Notes: generated by a model from the letters alone, not told the origin. A stretch of DNA of 62,822 nucleotides, filler included, from Globobulimina sp. (GCA_003354225.1; 37 parts of 37 records of this genome joined end to end with filler, not necessarily neighbours in it); one strand, 5' to 3'; numbered from the whole stretch's first letter, positions 24,048 to 37,474 are shown. Numbers and translations: made by a program.

Positions 24048-25082
24048 TCAATAAACACCGAATTGTGTCCAATGATCCCTTTTAATAACTTTGTCACCCA
24101 CATAAACTTCCAATATTTTAATATTGACCATAATGGATTTTAATTGAGCTAAATAATAAATATTGTCCAAATGCATTGAAAAATCAGTACTCCACGCATC
24201 CGTTGGTTTGGGTATTAAATCACTTTCATTCCATACATATGTTTGAGATTTGCCATTAAAATTAGCGGCAACATTCATATTCACTTTAAATCGCGTAATT
24301 CCTTCGGCAATCCGTGCGATTCTAAGACCTAAATAGCATTTTCCGACCGTATTAATTTTATCGCGGTGCGAACCATTTGGGCGAAGTAACAAAAACCAAT
24401 TTCCATTCTCAAAGTTTGGTGAATAAAATGTTTTAAATTCGTCTTTCTTTTTATATGTTAATTTCAATTCGTTTAATAATTCCTCATTTATTTCCCATTT
24501 ATAATCAAAATCTTTTTTCATTATATTTTGATGTTCCACCCATTCAAATCTTTTTTTATTTCTTTCCAATATCTCCAAATAACAATGGAATTGCAATGAT
24601 TTGTATTGTTTCACATCATTTAATTTCAAACAATATGGTCCCCACATTTTGCCCGAATCATTATCGATTAAACAGATTCCTTTTCCTCCAGCGAATATTG
24701 ACTGCGATGTTGTTAATTTATGGTAAATTGTAAGGTTTGTATTGGATGTCGCAGTGTGCATAAATACTAAAAATCGAACATATCCTTTGTCAAAAGCTGT
24801 GCAGCCATTTGGACACAGTACACAATAAAAGGAATATTCTGTATTTTTATATTTAAAAAAATTGCTCTCTAACTCATATGAATAATGTTTTGCTTTGAAG
24901 AACTTTTTTAAAACATTTCCTTCAATGTTCCAATGAAACAGCACATAATTCTCATTGAATAATGATAAAACTATTTTGTTTATGCCAGTTGGAATTAATT
25001 TGCTTTCTTGTCTGGCATATCCAAACACTAATAACTTCTTTTCGTCTGCATTTAAACCATCAATGCCTTGCCGGTCTGACAT
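24048..25082 (-). CDS. Tandem MATH/TRAF-like domain protein
   Basis: Two repeats of W.I....L..F....S..F.....L.PNG......G, preceded by a KLLVFGYAR motif. Confidence 0.6.
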   Translation of the reverse strand: MSDRQGIDGLNADEKKLLVFGYARQESKLIPTGINKIVLSLFNENYVLFHWNIEGNVLKKFFKAKHYSYELESNFFKYKNTEYSFYCVLCPNGCTAFDKGYVRFLVFMHTATSNTNLTIYHKLTTSQSIFAGGKGICLIDNDSGKMWGPYCLKLNDVKQYKSLQFHCYLEILERNKKRFEWVEHQNIMKKDFDYKWEINEELLNELKLTYKKKDEFKTFYSPNFENGNWFLLLRPNGSHRDKINTVGKCYLGLRIARIAEGITRFKVNMNVAANFNGKSQTYVWNESDLIPKPTDAWSTDFSMHLDNIYYLAQLKSIMVNIKILEVYVGDKVIKRDHWTQFGVY

Positions 25083-25123
25083 TATACAAAAAGTGTTGGT
25101 GAAATATTAGAACTTTACAGACA

Positions 25124-25420
25124 ATGGCGTCTCGAGCGTTAACTTTGTATTTATTGTGTTTATATAGTACAAATATTTGAATTATTTGGTGTTAATATCC
25201 CACCAGCCTCAGAATATTGGTTTTACCCAAAAAAATTGGATCATTTTAACCCGCAACAACGTAAAACATTCGGTAATGCGAGTAATAGCTACACGACACC
25301 CAATTTAGTGTGGTATTGAATGCGACAAACAATTGAGGATTATGCTGTATTCATGACCCAAAAAAAGACAATATACAATGCACCAAACTCCTCAGTGGTA
25401 ACATTTGGTGGTTCATATGG
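25124..25420 (+). pseudogene. Disrupted serine carboxypeptidase S28 gene
   Basis: KLDHFNP...TF and QTIEDYA..VVTFGGSYG motifs are present, but with a frameshift after the signal-peptide-like start, an internal deletion and an in-frame TGA. Confidence 0.7.
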
Positions 25421-25776
25421 NNNNNNNNNNNNNNNNNNNNNNNNNNNNNNNNNNNNNNNNNNNNTTAATTAATTAANNNNNNNNNNNNNNNNNNNNNNNN
25501 NNNNNNNNNNNNNNNNNNNNGCGTTAATAATTAGCTCGTTGACAAAACGAGGCGCGAAAGAAGACTAATGAATAGCGTATACAAATATTGACGTTGGAAG
25601 TGACATTAATTATCGATTAGCCATTTGTATGTACGGCAACGATTCATTGACCATAAAAGATTTCACTGTCACCAGTTAAAACTGTGCCATTAATTCCCAT
25701 ATACGGTTGCTTTTCATATTTCTTGTATTTAGGTTTCACAATTTTCTTTTTCACAGATTTCTATGATATTCAATAC

Positions 25777-27042
25777 ATGGCAACGGTTACGCGTCAATTA
25801 TTTGTGGTCACGGCCTGTTTTGTTTGGCATATGTATAGCGACAACATCACCTGTGATGGAGGGACAAAGTTGCCGGATTGCACAGGACAAAAAATATCCT
25901 GCACAGCAGATGAATTGTGCGCTGTTCATTGCAAGTATGCAATATACAGTTGAATCTGCATTAATGTTTCAACGTTATGCAATTATACAGGTTGGATTTC
26001 CAAAACGCGACAGAATACAATGTTTGTGTGGACTCTGTTATTAACTGCAAGAAACACCAACAATGCGTAGTGCGCTGTGACAGCGGAATTGCTGGCTGTC
26101 GACATATCATCATAAACGCACAAAACGCCACAAAATTAGATGTAATATCTTCAAATAGTGACTCTTTTATTGACGCAAAAATATATTGTCCAACCAGTGG
26201 CACTTGTAACTTTATAGCAAATCCAGTGGATACAGACAGGGCATTTTATGGTATGAATATATTGTCGCAAGCTGGCTTTGATAGCAATGTGATTGATATC
26301 GAATGCAACAGACCCAACTGCTTAACAAATGTGAGGATAAATTGTACTTCAGACTACTCACAGTCTTGTTTCATTGATAGATGTATGAATAATAGTTGTG
26401 GAGGCTTATTATATCCAACACCGAACCCAACAATTAAACCAACAGCAAACAGTTAAGAAATACATAATTTTATTTGTATACAATATGCGATGATAACAGT
26501 ACTTAATATCAGATTCATTGCAAACAGAATCAAATCATGACAATCAGACTGACATTATATTAGTATCAACGATAATGATCATTGCATTGTGTTGCGGTGT
26601 CTCTATTTATACCATAAATAAATGCTGGCAGTATGAAAAAACAGTGGATGAAAGTGATTATATTACAAAAGCAGCAAGAACCGATCGCGAAGTTGCAGGT
26701 CAACCACAATTACACACAAAAATATCACGATTAAAGAGGTTAACATTTGATAGTATTAATATTAATATTCCATCGGTGCGAACATCAGTTGCAGCACTAC
26801 AAATTCAGAGAGATTTGGAAATGGCACAATCCAGATCACCATCTTCAGAAAAACACCAAAAAAATAATAAATCACACACACAAACGCTAACAGATGACAT
26901 CTCTATGCCGGGTTTGACCAAAACGAATACTGCTCAGCAAGAGCTTGAGTTAGATGCTATTTTTGAGGAAATGATGCAGGATTTTACGGATAAACTTGAT
27001 GATTATAGTAGCGACTCACACTATCAATCAACCAAAATATAA
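25777..27042 (+). CDS. Cys-rich single-pass surface protein, spliced
   Basis: Repeated C....C.V.C and I.CP...C motifs, PTPNPT stalk, hydrophobic IILVSTIMIIALCCGVSI; ORFs separated by intron-sized gaps. Confidence 0.6.
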
Positions 27043-27221
27043 TTTTGTGTAATGCAGTATCAACTGTTTTGTATGGATTCAGAATGATACAATGATTGAA
27101 ATTGAAAAAATGTTTGAATATNNNNNNNNNNNNNNNNNNNNNNNNNNNNNNNNNNNNNNNNNNNNTTAATTAATTAANNNNNNNNNNNNNNNNNNNNNNN
27201 NNNNNNNNNNNNNNNNNNNNN

Positions 27222-28822
27222 TATCTGCACAAAATGAAATTTTATTAAAAATACTTAAATCAACGTCAATAATTTCAACACAAAAAACACTACTTTTCCC
27301 ATTTGGGATGATTTCAACAATTCCGCTCCGACCAATTTCTTTTGATTCTAAGCAATATAAATCTATTTTTGCTCTTATTTTTGATAAATTATATGGAAAA
27401 GAATACATTTTTAAATTTATTAAAAATACTGATTGTTTTCTTGTATATTCACAGGATAAATACCATAATGCGTCGTAAATTTTGCTTGCAAAGTGATTAA
27501 TGTCTTGAATCTGTTTAACTTTTTTGATTAAATTTGTATCAAATTGCCATGTTATTAATTTATTTCTACTCCAATCATTAAACATTTTCTTTTTATAAAA
27601 TATAGCGTCCCAATTCTTCTTTAATGTGATACATTGAATATTTATACTCATTTTATATTCAAAAGTGAAATTAATGTTTTTTTTTGTTTGTGATAATAAT
27701 CGATTTACACGCTCTCGACTTGAAAATGTTAAAATATTTATTCGTTTTGTATTTGTTTGCATATTTTCTATCGTAATGGCTATTTTTATTTTATTCCATG
27801 ACGGTGGAATTGATAGTATTTTCAGTAAAACATAATAATTTGCTGTGTATTGCACAGACCATAATAATTTTGCAATATAATATGATTCAATATAACCAAT
27901 CTCTGCTTTAAATGTAAATTCTCCGTACGAATGCATAAAATAATCATAAATATATGACAAACAAACATAAAATATATTATCTAAACTTGTATATTTACGA
28001 ATAAATCCCAAAACAATTGTTTTTGTTCTGTCATCTAATTTATTTAAATCATGCATTTCATATTTATTGACTTGGAATTTATAATTTGGCTCAAGAAATT
28101 CATTCCATTCACGCTCAATTTTATATGGTGTCAAATTATGTTCCATTGTATCAAATTCGTCTAACATTAAAATATCTGCATAAATAACATTCGTATTTGT
28201 ATTATAATAGTCACTCATTATAGTTTTTAGTGGTATTAATTTGCTTTGTGTCTGAGTGTAAGTAAACTTTTCTTTAATTGCGATTGTATTTTTATCATTT
28301 CCATCACAGTAAAATCTAATTTGTACAGTGATTCGTTGAATATTTGTTGGCAAACAATTCAATTGCAATTTTAATGCAAATTCGCCAGAGTTACAAACAA
28401 CAATAATGGACCACATACGGTCAAATACACCGCTTTTCATACATTCCACGCATCCCTCTCTCATTTGGCTGTTATTTATATTTTCTAGTTTTTCTTTGTT
28501 TATTTTGAATGAAATGGTTTGTTGTCGTTTATAATTTGATAACAGTGATTGATATAATATGTAACTTGTTTGGTCGACATATAATTCATCGATAAAATCG
28601 ACTTCTTGATCGCATTGGATCCATTTAGCATTTTTTTTGGAAACGGCAATTCGCAATAGATTGATATTGAATGTTAATGATAATTGGTGTGTTGACTCTG
28701 TTGCAATTGGATTGATATTTATTTCACCGCAATATTCAGATATCCAGTTGGTATTAACCATTGCAATAATAAATGGGTCATATATCAAATGCTTTGACAC
28801 AATTTCGATTGAAACAACAACA
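27222..28822 (-). CDS. Multi-MATH-like domain protein fragment
   Basis: Open frame across the contig; repeats S..F...W.....L.L..LP......V; DDRTKTIVLGFIR motif resembles the gene at 24048-25082. Confidence 0.55.
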
Positions 28823-28922
28823 NNNNNNNNNNNNNNNNNNNNNNNNNNNNNNNNNNNNNNNNNNNNTTAATTAATTAANNNNNNNNNNNNNNNNNNNNNN
28901 NNNNNNNNNNNNNNNNNNNNNN

Positions 28923-29274
28923 GGTATATGTCGCCCTGCATCTGGAACAGGTTACTCTCCGCCCGGTGGCTCTCCTCCCGCACGTTGACCGCGAGGGTAC
29001 GCAAATCCGCGCCGACCGTGATCGATTCGTTCAGGTAGGGATCGAAGCCCTCACCGGGATCCTTGCCGAGGTCGTCACCCGCAAGCTCCATCGGAACGAT
29101 GAACTGGCTAGCATAGGTGCTGCGCATTCCGCCCCCGGTGGGATTGGTGTGACAGAGCAGGCACTTCTGCCCGTACTGAGCCGAGTAGCGCGGAATCGCT
29201 TCTGCCGCGCTAACGCCAATGAAGAGCAGCAGGACTCCGGCGACGGCAAAGGTGCAGAACTTGCGGTGCGACAT
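28923..29274 (-). CDS. Bacterial exported monoheme c-type cytochrome, probably a cytochrome-porin fusion (Cyc2-like architecture); 3' truncated
   Basis: GC-rich; signal peptide ending AEA; IPRYSAQYGQKCLLCHTNPTGGG directly after the cleavage site; then beta-strand-like ITVGADLR..FQMQGDIY. Confidence 0.65.
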
Positions 29275-29279
29275 CATGA

Positions 29280-29284
29280 CCTCC
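29280..29284 (-). promoter_or_regulatory. Shine-Dalgarno GGAGG
   Basis: GGAGG lies 5 nt upstream of the ATG at 29274. Confidence 0.7.
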
Positions 29285-29409
29285 AGTTTCAAACCGCCAA
29301 ATCCCGACGGCCGGCGCCTTCACGCGGACTCCGGGAACGTGAAGACGCCTCGGTGGCCGTCGAGAAACCGGTTACATGAGATCACCCGCAAGGGCTCAAT
29401 GCCGGTCGA

Positions 29410-30522
29410 TATATTGGATTAATACGTAAACGTAAATATAAATATCGTCAAATTTGGTGTACGGATGAAATTATTGATAGAAGCATAGCTCTCAGGCACT
29501 TGAAACGTGATTGGCTTAACTGTACGAATACAAATCGTGAGCTAAAACTATGTAAATATAATATATACAAACAACATAGAAATGCGTTAACGAGATTATG
29601 TACCCAAGCAAAGAAAAGCAAACTACGCCAAAATATTAGCTTAACAGTCTCGGGACATCGCGATATCTACAAATCCATGCGGTATTTACGTAAAATTGGC
29701 AAAACAAATGCACGTAAACAGCGAATCCCTTATCTTATTCATACAGATACTTATAATAATAATATATCATTCATCCATACTGACCATATCAAAGCCAATT
29801 TATTTGCAACAAAATTCTGTCACAGACATATACAGAATGATAAATATGATGATTTGCCTCGTTTGCGTTTTAAAAACATTCCCTTAAATGATGCTATTTA
29901 TCCGTGCACTCAGATAATGCACAACATCTCTACTGATATTTTAATGGCCAATCAATTTAATAATCCGCGTTTGATTCAGGATGATTCGCATTATTTACAC
30001 GCAGTGCGAACGATTAATTCATCCATAAGTGCACATTTGATACAATTTGTGCTGAAAATTGTAAATAAAAAATGTAACCACGGTGTTGGTATACATATTA
30101 AATTATTATTGTATTTAGATCCGTTTATTACTGAATTTTTAGAAACGTATTTGAATTTGTTTTATAATATGAGATATTTTCCACGCATACATAAAATTAC
30201 ATACATTACAGCCATTTCTAAGCCAAAACGGGACCCGCATTTAGTTGATAATTATCGAGAGATATCTCTTAATGGATCGATCAAGAAAATCTATGAAATG
30301 TGTCTGTTATACAAAGGCATTGAGTTTGTAGCAGTGTGCGATTCGATCCATCCTAATAATACTACTAATATGAAGGGAAAAAGTACGCGGGATATTGTTA
30401 CATTGCTTATCAATGATATTCATACCGGATGGAACAAACAAATCCCGACTTATGCGATATTTTCGGATATTTCGCAGGATTATCCATCAGTTTGTTATGA
30501 TATTCTTATTCAGCGATTGCAT
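29410..30522 (+). mobile_element. Non-LTR retrotransposon reverse-transcriptase ORF fragment, divergent
   Basis: W.TDEI, KANLFA..F, P...K...I..I.KP......NYREISL....KIYE, GKSTRD and AIFSDISQDYPSV....L...L (RT domains 0-3). Confidence 0.8.
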
Positions 30523-30975
30523 NNNNNNNNNNNNNNNNNNNNNNNNNNNNNNNNNNNNNNNNNNNNTTAATTAATTAANNNNNNNNNNNNNNNNNNNNNN
30601 NNNNNNNNNNNNNNNNNNNNNNGGTGCCTTTCATTTTAAAAACATATACAAACCACTCACAGATTAGCTAACTAATTAGGTAACTAATTAACTAACTAAT
30701 TAGGTTTGCTTTCGTTTCAAAAGTTCATGGTGCTTGATTTGTAACTCAAATACTAATTTAATGGTTTTTGTTGATAAATTAGATGTTGCAAAAATGTTGC
30801 GATTTAAGTTTTCAAAGTATAAAATAAGTTTTTAAACTCCTAAAAAAACAGCTTAGTAGCAAACCCTCAACTCAACCCCTTCCAAAAAACCATTAGTTAT
30901 TGTATTATTTTCTTGACGGCAAATTAATTAATAAATAAATAACAAAACATAGACTTTTCATTTTTCATTAATTAA

Positions 30976-32222
<1,247 letters not shown>

Positions 32223-32322
32223 NNNNNNNNNNNNNNNNNNNNNNNNNNNNNNNNNNNNNNNNNNNNTTAATTAATTAANNNNNNNNNNNNNNNNNNNNNN
32301 NNNNNNNNNNNNNNNNNNNNNN

Positions 32323-32854
32323 TGATGATTCGGTGTTGAATGGTATCACTTGTACAGCATATGACGTGGGCGGACATTATTCAATGCGAAGAGTCTGGAG
32401 GTTATGTTTTTATTTCCTTTAAACAACACATCATTTACATACAAAATATTAAACACTACACAGGGATCATTGTGTTGATATTGATGGCATTGTATTTTTA
32501 GTGGATGCTGCTGAACCGGAGAGATTTGATGAAGTTAAAAAAGAATTAAATATATTGCTACAAGCAAATGAATTAAAGGATGTACCATTTTTAATTTTGG
32601 GAAATAAAATCGATAAAAATGTTTAGTGATTCATTAATGTGTTTAATTATAATTAACGCATTGTAATGTGTTATATTTAGGGTGCTGTCAATGAAGAAAT
32701 GTTAAAAAAGTATTTAGGAATTACGGTAACAACAGGAAAAAATCCGAAAAAGCAAAATAATGGCATACGAAGTATGGAGGTCTTTATGTGTTCATTGAAA
32801 AAGAGGACGGGATTCCCAAAAGCTTTTGTGTGGCTAAGCAAATTAGTCAGGTAA
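32323..32854 (+). CDS. SAR1: Sar1 GTPase, 5' truncated; introns 32401-32463 and 32621-32680
   Basis: Not in the ORF track. Spliced translation reads [31 protein letters not shown]...[24 protein letters not shown]...AF.WL. Confidence 0.9.
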
Positions 32855-32989
32855 TTTAATATGAAATTATTGTCTTTTATTTATTGTTTTTTCAATTGTT
32901 TTTCATAGCGAAACACATAAAACACAAACACGATTTGATTAGTCATCAAAACATTTTAAGTATAGCTAGTGAAAACCTTGAAACTCTAA

Positions 32990-33769
32990 ATGCTTCCAAC
33001 AGCTGTAATACTTGGAGCGTCTTCCGGCATTGGTCGCGGTATCGCCATTTATTTAGCTGGTACTCAAAAATATAAACTTGCGTTGTTATCACGAAATATT
33101 GAAAAATTAAAAGAGACTGAAAAGCTATGCAGAATCAAAAATCCTTCGATTAAAACATTGATATTAAAATGTGATGCTTCAGATTCAGTGAATGTAAAAT
33201 CATGTATGGATTCAATACATTATACTTTCAGTCCATTAGCAATATTAATTAACAGTGCTGGAACATTTTATTATTCGCCAATTGATTCAAAAGATATTGA
33301 TATCAGCAAAGTAAACGAACAAATCGATGTTGATATAAAAGGATTAATGTTTTCATGCATTTATAGTATCGATCATATTAAAAACACAAAGAAATTATAT
33401 CCCAATATACCCTGTTCAATAATATCAATTTCTGGAAGAAGTGCGACACTGCGGGGCTTACCCTCTGGTTTCGCAATGTATGTTTCCGCATTATGCGCAA
33501 AAAGAGGATTTATGGATGTTGTATATAAAGATTTACATAAATATGGCATTAAAACATGTTTAATAATGCCGGGGGTTGTTAATACTCCAATGTCTGAGTT
33601 TTATTATAAAGAGAAACAACAAGCAATTCAAACAAATGATATTGGCTATGTTGTTGAAGCAATATTAAATTCCCCGCATACTATAGTACCGTTTGAACTT
33701 GTCTTAGAACCACAATACGATCAAGATCAACCAAGTCAAGTTTATAATGCAGTTCATTCAAAATTGTAA
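32990..33769 (+). CDS. Short-chain dehydrogenase/reductase with PTS1 signal
   Basis: GASSGIG, LINSAG, PG.VNT; ends in SKL. Confidence 0.9.
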   Translation: MLPTAVILGASSGIGRGIAIYLAGTQKYKLALLSRNIEKLKETEKLCRIKNPSIKTLILKCDASDSVNVKSCMDSIHYTFSPLAILINSAGTFYYSPIDSKDIDISKVNEQIDVDIKGLMFSCIYSIDHIKNTKKLYPNIPCSIISISGRSATLRGLPSGFAMYVSALCAKRGFMDVVYKDLHKYGIKTCLIMPGVVNTPMSEFYYKEKQQAIQTNDIGYVVEAILNSPHTIVPFELVLEPQYDQDQPSQVYNAVHSKL

Positions 33770-34064
33770 ACAAGAATTATTAAACAAGAAACTTTTAAGA
33801 CAGTAAATAATTGACATTCGTTTTGTGTTTGTAAGGAACTGACCTTTTATCCTAAATCCTCTTGATTTATTGTATCTAACTTATTAGGTACTCCTTACTT
33901 TAAAACTTTACTTAAAAACCCTNNNNNNNNNNNNNNNNNNNNNNNNNNNNNNNNNNNNNNNNNNNNTTAATTAATTAANNNNNNNNNNNNNNNNNNNNNN
34001 NNNNNNNNNNNNNNNNNNNNNNATTTTATGTCATTTTTATATAATATAAATACAAATATATACA

Positions 34065-35622
34065 GCAGAAGAAAATACTGTTTGTGGTGGTGTACGTAGT
34101 AAAGCATACAAACAGTCTGCAATTAGTTTTTATTTACATACACATTATCAATGTTCCATCACATTTGATGCGTCAGCTTCTGATTTTAGCATTGGTTCAA
34201 TCACCGCAATTGCAAAAGGCGATTATTATCATAATTCCACAGTGATTGCAAACACGACTGCAAATAAATTAACATTAGTGAACCAGCCGCGTGGCACATA
34301 TTTTTTTATTTTAGAAGCAGCCAATCCAGACACAATTGGCACGTATCATTGTAGCATTAGTTGTGGATACGAAATATTTAATAGACACATTAGACAAAGG
34401 CCTGATTACGAGACCGAAAGATATTTCATATCGCAACATGGCGTTGTAAATGATTCTATTTTTGTGAACCAATATATCCAACAACGGATAGTCTCAAATG
34501 ACATTTTGCTGCAAAATACAATTAAAGAATATACCTCCTTACAAATGACAGATAGAATGAAGAACATCTATCAATTGAGCACATCTTATGAAAATTTAAC
34601 TAATTACGATATTTTATCCACTTTACACTTAAACGATATTCCACCGTTTATTCAAGGCGGTATGGTACGAGATCTGTTATTAGGCATTGACGCAAATGAT
34701 ATGGACGTGGTGGTTTACTGCAATATGTCCGCATTAAACCAAACTGTAAACAAATTAGGTTGGAGTCATTACTGTGGCGGTGGGGATCCGCCGTTTATTT
34801 TATTCCTGGACACGATGGGCATAGATATTTCTATCGCCGATGGACAATTAGGTACCGAGTACGATGTAAACGACGCGCGTTGGAACTATGTAAATAACAG
34901 TTTGCTAATCTCAAATAGCACTTTGTATGCCATTAATAACCGATTAATTTCTGCCAAGTCATATGAGCCATTGTTTCATGAATGGTGTTTCCTGAAACGT
35001 CACGTGCGTGATTTTGCCGGTGAGATTTGTTTGTGGAAAATATTACGAGCGTGGAAACTGAGAATTGCTCCAAAATTCTTCAAATGGGACTATTCTTTGT
35101 GGAGCTGGATAAAATCTACAATAATTACAGAATTTGTGTATCAGACAAATGCAACATTAGCTGCGTCATACAAAAAAGTGCTGTTGACATTCTTTAACAG
35201 CGAACATTGGTCTTTCAGAAGCCCGTTGATTTTGTACCAAATGAAATTAGATTTAGGGGAGAAACTATTCAAATTATTTATACCTGAAACAGTTTTAGAG
35301 TCTCAACAACGGACTGTAGACAAATTGGAGAAGTACGATCCTTATAAATGGGCAATGAAATGCGATGACGAGTTATTAATCTGTGATATTGAAAAGGTGG
35401 ACACAGAAACAACTGGCAATATATTGTTTGATCGCGATGTAGATCCGAGTAAAATTAATGGCTTAGAATTAAATAATTTTATATTAATTTGTGTTGCTGC
35501 GTTTATGATAGGAAGTGTTTTTGTTATAAGTTTAATGCATTCACATAAATGTTGTAGTTGTTGCGGAAGAAGGCAGCAATATGAAGTAAATGAGACAGCG
35601 GGTGGTATGAATGAAGGCCTCG
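34065..35622 (+). CDS. Single-pass membrane protein containing a class II (CCA/poly(A) polymerase-like) nucleotidyltransferase domain; truncated at both ends
   Basis: FIQGGMVRDLLLGIDANDMDVVV signature; N-terminal Cys-bounded beta domain; TM FILICVAAFMIGSVFVISLM near the end. Confidence 0.7.
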
Positions 35623-35822
35623 NNNNNNNNNNNNNNNNNNNNNNNNNNNNNNNNNNNNNNNNNNNNTTAATTAATTAANNNNNNNNNNNNNNNNNNNNNN
35701 NNNNNNNNNNNNNNNNNNNNNNAGTTGTGTGTTTCAGTTTCAAACGGAACGAAAAAATTCAAATTTATGAGTTTGAAGTGATTTGGATATTAGTTTGAAA
35801 CTGAAAATCATGCACTAAAATA

Positions 35823-36965
35823 CTGAGGTAATTGGAGGGAATCGCGAGATTATCATCGATGTGCAATGTGACGGATGGCATCAAAAAGAGAGGAAATGTT
35901 GGTTTGAAGTCGATGTAAATCCATCAGAACCGACATTGGAATTTCTACAAAATGAAATCTATAAAAAAAGAAAGAAAAAAAAAGATAGAAAAAAAAAGAT
36001 ATTATCGCCGCGCATAGGTGTAATACCTGCGCATTTAAGGAAAAAATCAATGGCCACAATGAAGAGATTACAAAGTGCTCGTTCTCGTGGCACATTTAGT
36101 ACGGTGTTGTACAAAATTGATTTGTCAGCAATCACTGCAATCGATGAGGACACGAAAACGGATAATGTGCCATTTGCGTTTGGTGCGCAGGAAAATGATG
36201 AAGACGAAATACCTGCATATAAAAGAAAAAAAAGATATCACTCTCTACCAATCATAATATCGCCTTTAGGTACCATTCTTTTTTGGAAATTTCAGTTTCA
36301 AACTGAAAGTGTATTGACCTATTTTTTTTTGTCAATTTGAAACTCAAAAAAAATAAAAATTTGAGCTTGAAATTAATTTTTTGATTGGTTGCTTTGCAAA
36401 AAAAATATGTATGTAGTGAATGGTGAAGAGTATGTGGTGCGAGTTCAGGCGAGGAATTACACTGAGATTAAATGTACGGAACCGTCCCCTTTTGTGACCC
36501 CATTGGGCGTTCCACCGAAACCAAGCATATCCTCCGTGTATTCGCGTGATGGCGAAGTAAAAATATTATTTGAATGCGATGATTATTCGAGCTTAGAATA
36601 TCGGGCTGTTTATGAAGTAATATCGCAACCAAAAACCACCAAAACAAAAACCAGAAGATTTAATATGAAATTCAGGAATTTAGATAATGGAAATGCGTAT
36701 TCCTTCCGTGTCCGCGGTGTAAACAGTATCGGTAAAGGCGAATGGAGTGAGAATTCGCAACCAATCAAACCATTGTCATTGCCATTAAATATACAAGAAT
36801 TGCGAATGGTGCCTGGCAACCAAGAAATTTCACTTTATTGGGTGTCGGATGATGTAAATAAAAAAAAATATGATGGCTGGTTCGAGATTACTAGCAAGCC
36901 CATCACTTATACAATAATTACAAAACGACAACAATGCACATTTAAAAATTTAGTCAATGATCAAG
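35823..36965 (+). CDS. Fibronectin type III repeat protein, spliced fragment
   Basis: NGEEYVVRVQARN, PPKPSI, LDNGNAYSFRVRGVNSIGKGEWS and FKNLVN. Confidence 0.8.
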
Positions 36966-37474
36966 GTTTGTTTGCTTTTTTCATGCACGCAAACGTGTGC
37001 ATTTAGCTAGTGACTTTGAAAAAAAACTTTAAAGTGATGAGCATGGCTGCAAAATGCTGAATGAGTGTTAGCAGCACGTAAATCAATAAAGAGTTGAAAT
37101 TTGTTTTGTGATATAAACCTTTGCGTTGGTATCTTTTGCACAAAACCAGATCACTAAAACAATAGTTTATTGGTCGAATTTTGTTGCATGAGAACCAACG
37201 AAAAGATTTATTTATTTTTTTTCATAAGAATATAAATTTAAAATCTATGGAATGAATGTGATTGGTCGGAGTAACAAACACGAGACTCATTCGATTAAAC
37301 CAAAGGCAAATGTTAAAATTGCNNNNNNNNNNNNNNNNNNNNNNNNNNNNNNNNNNNNNNNNNNNNTTAATTAATTAANNNNNNNNNNNNNNNNNNNNNN
37401 NNNNNNNNNNNNNNNNNNNNNNTTCTATATATAAAACTTAAAAAAAACGAAGCAAAAAAAAAAGACTTACCTCG

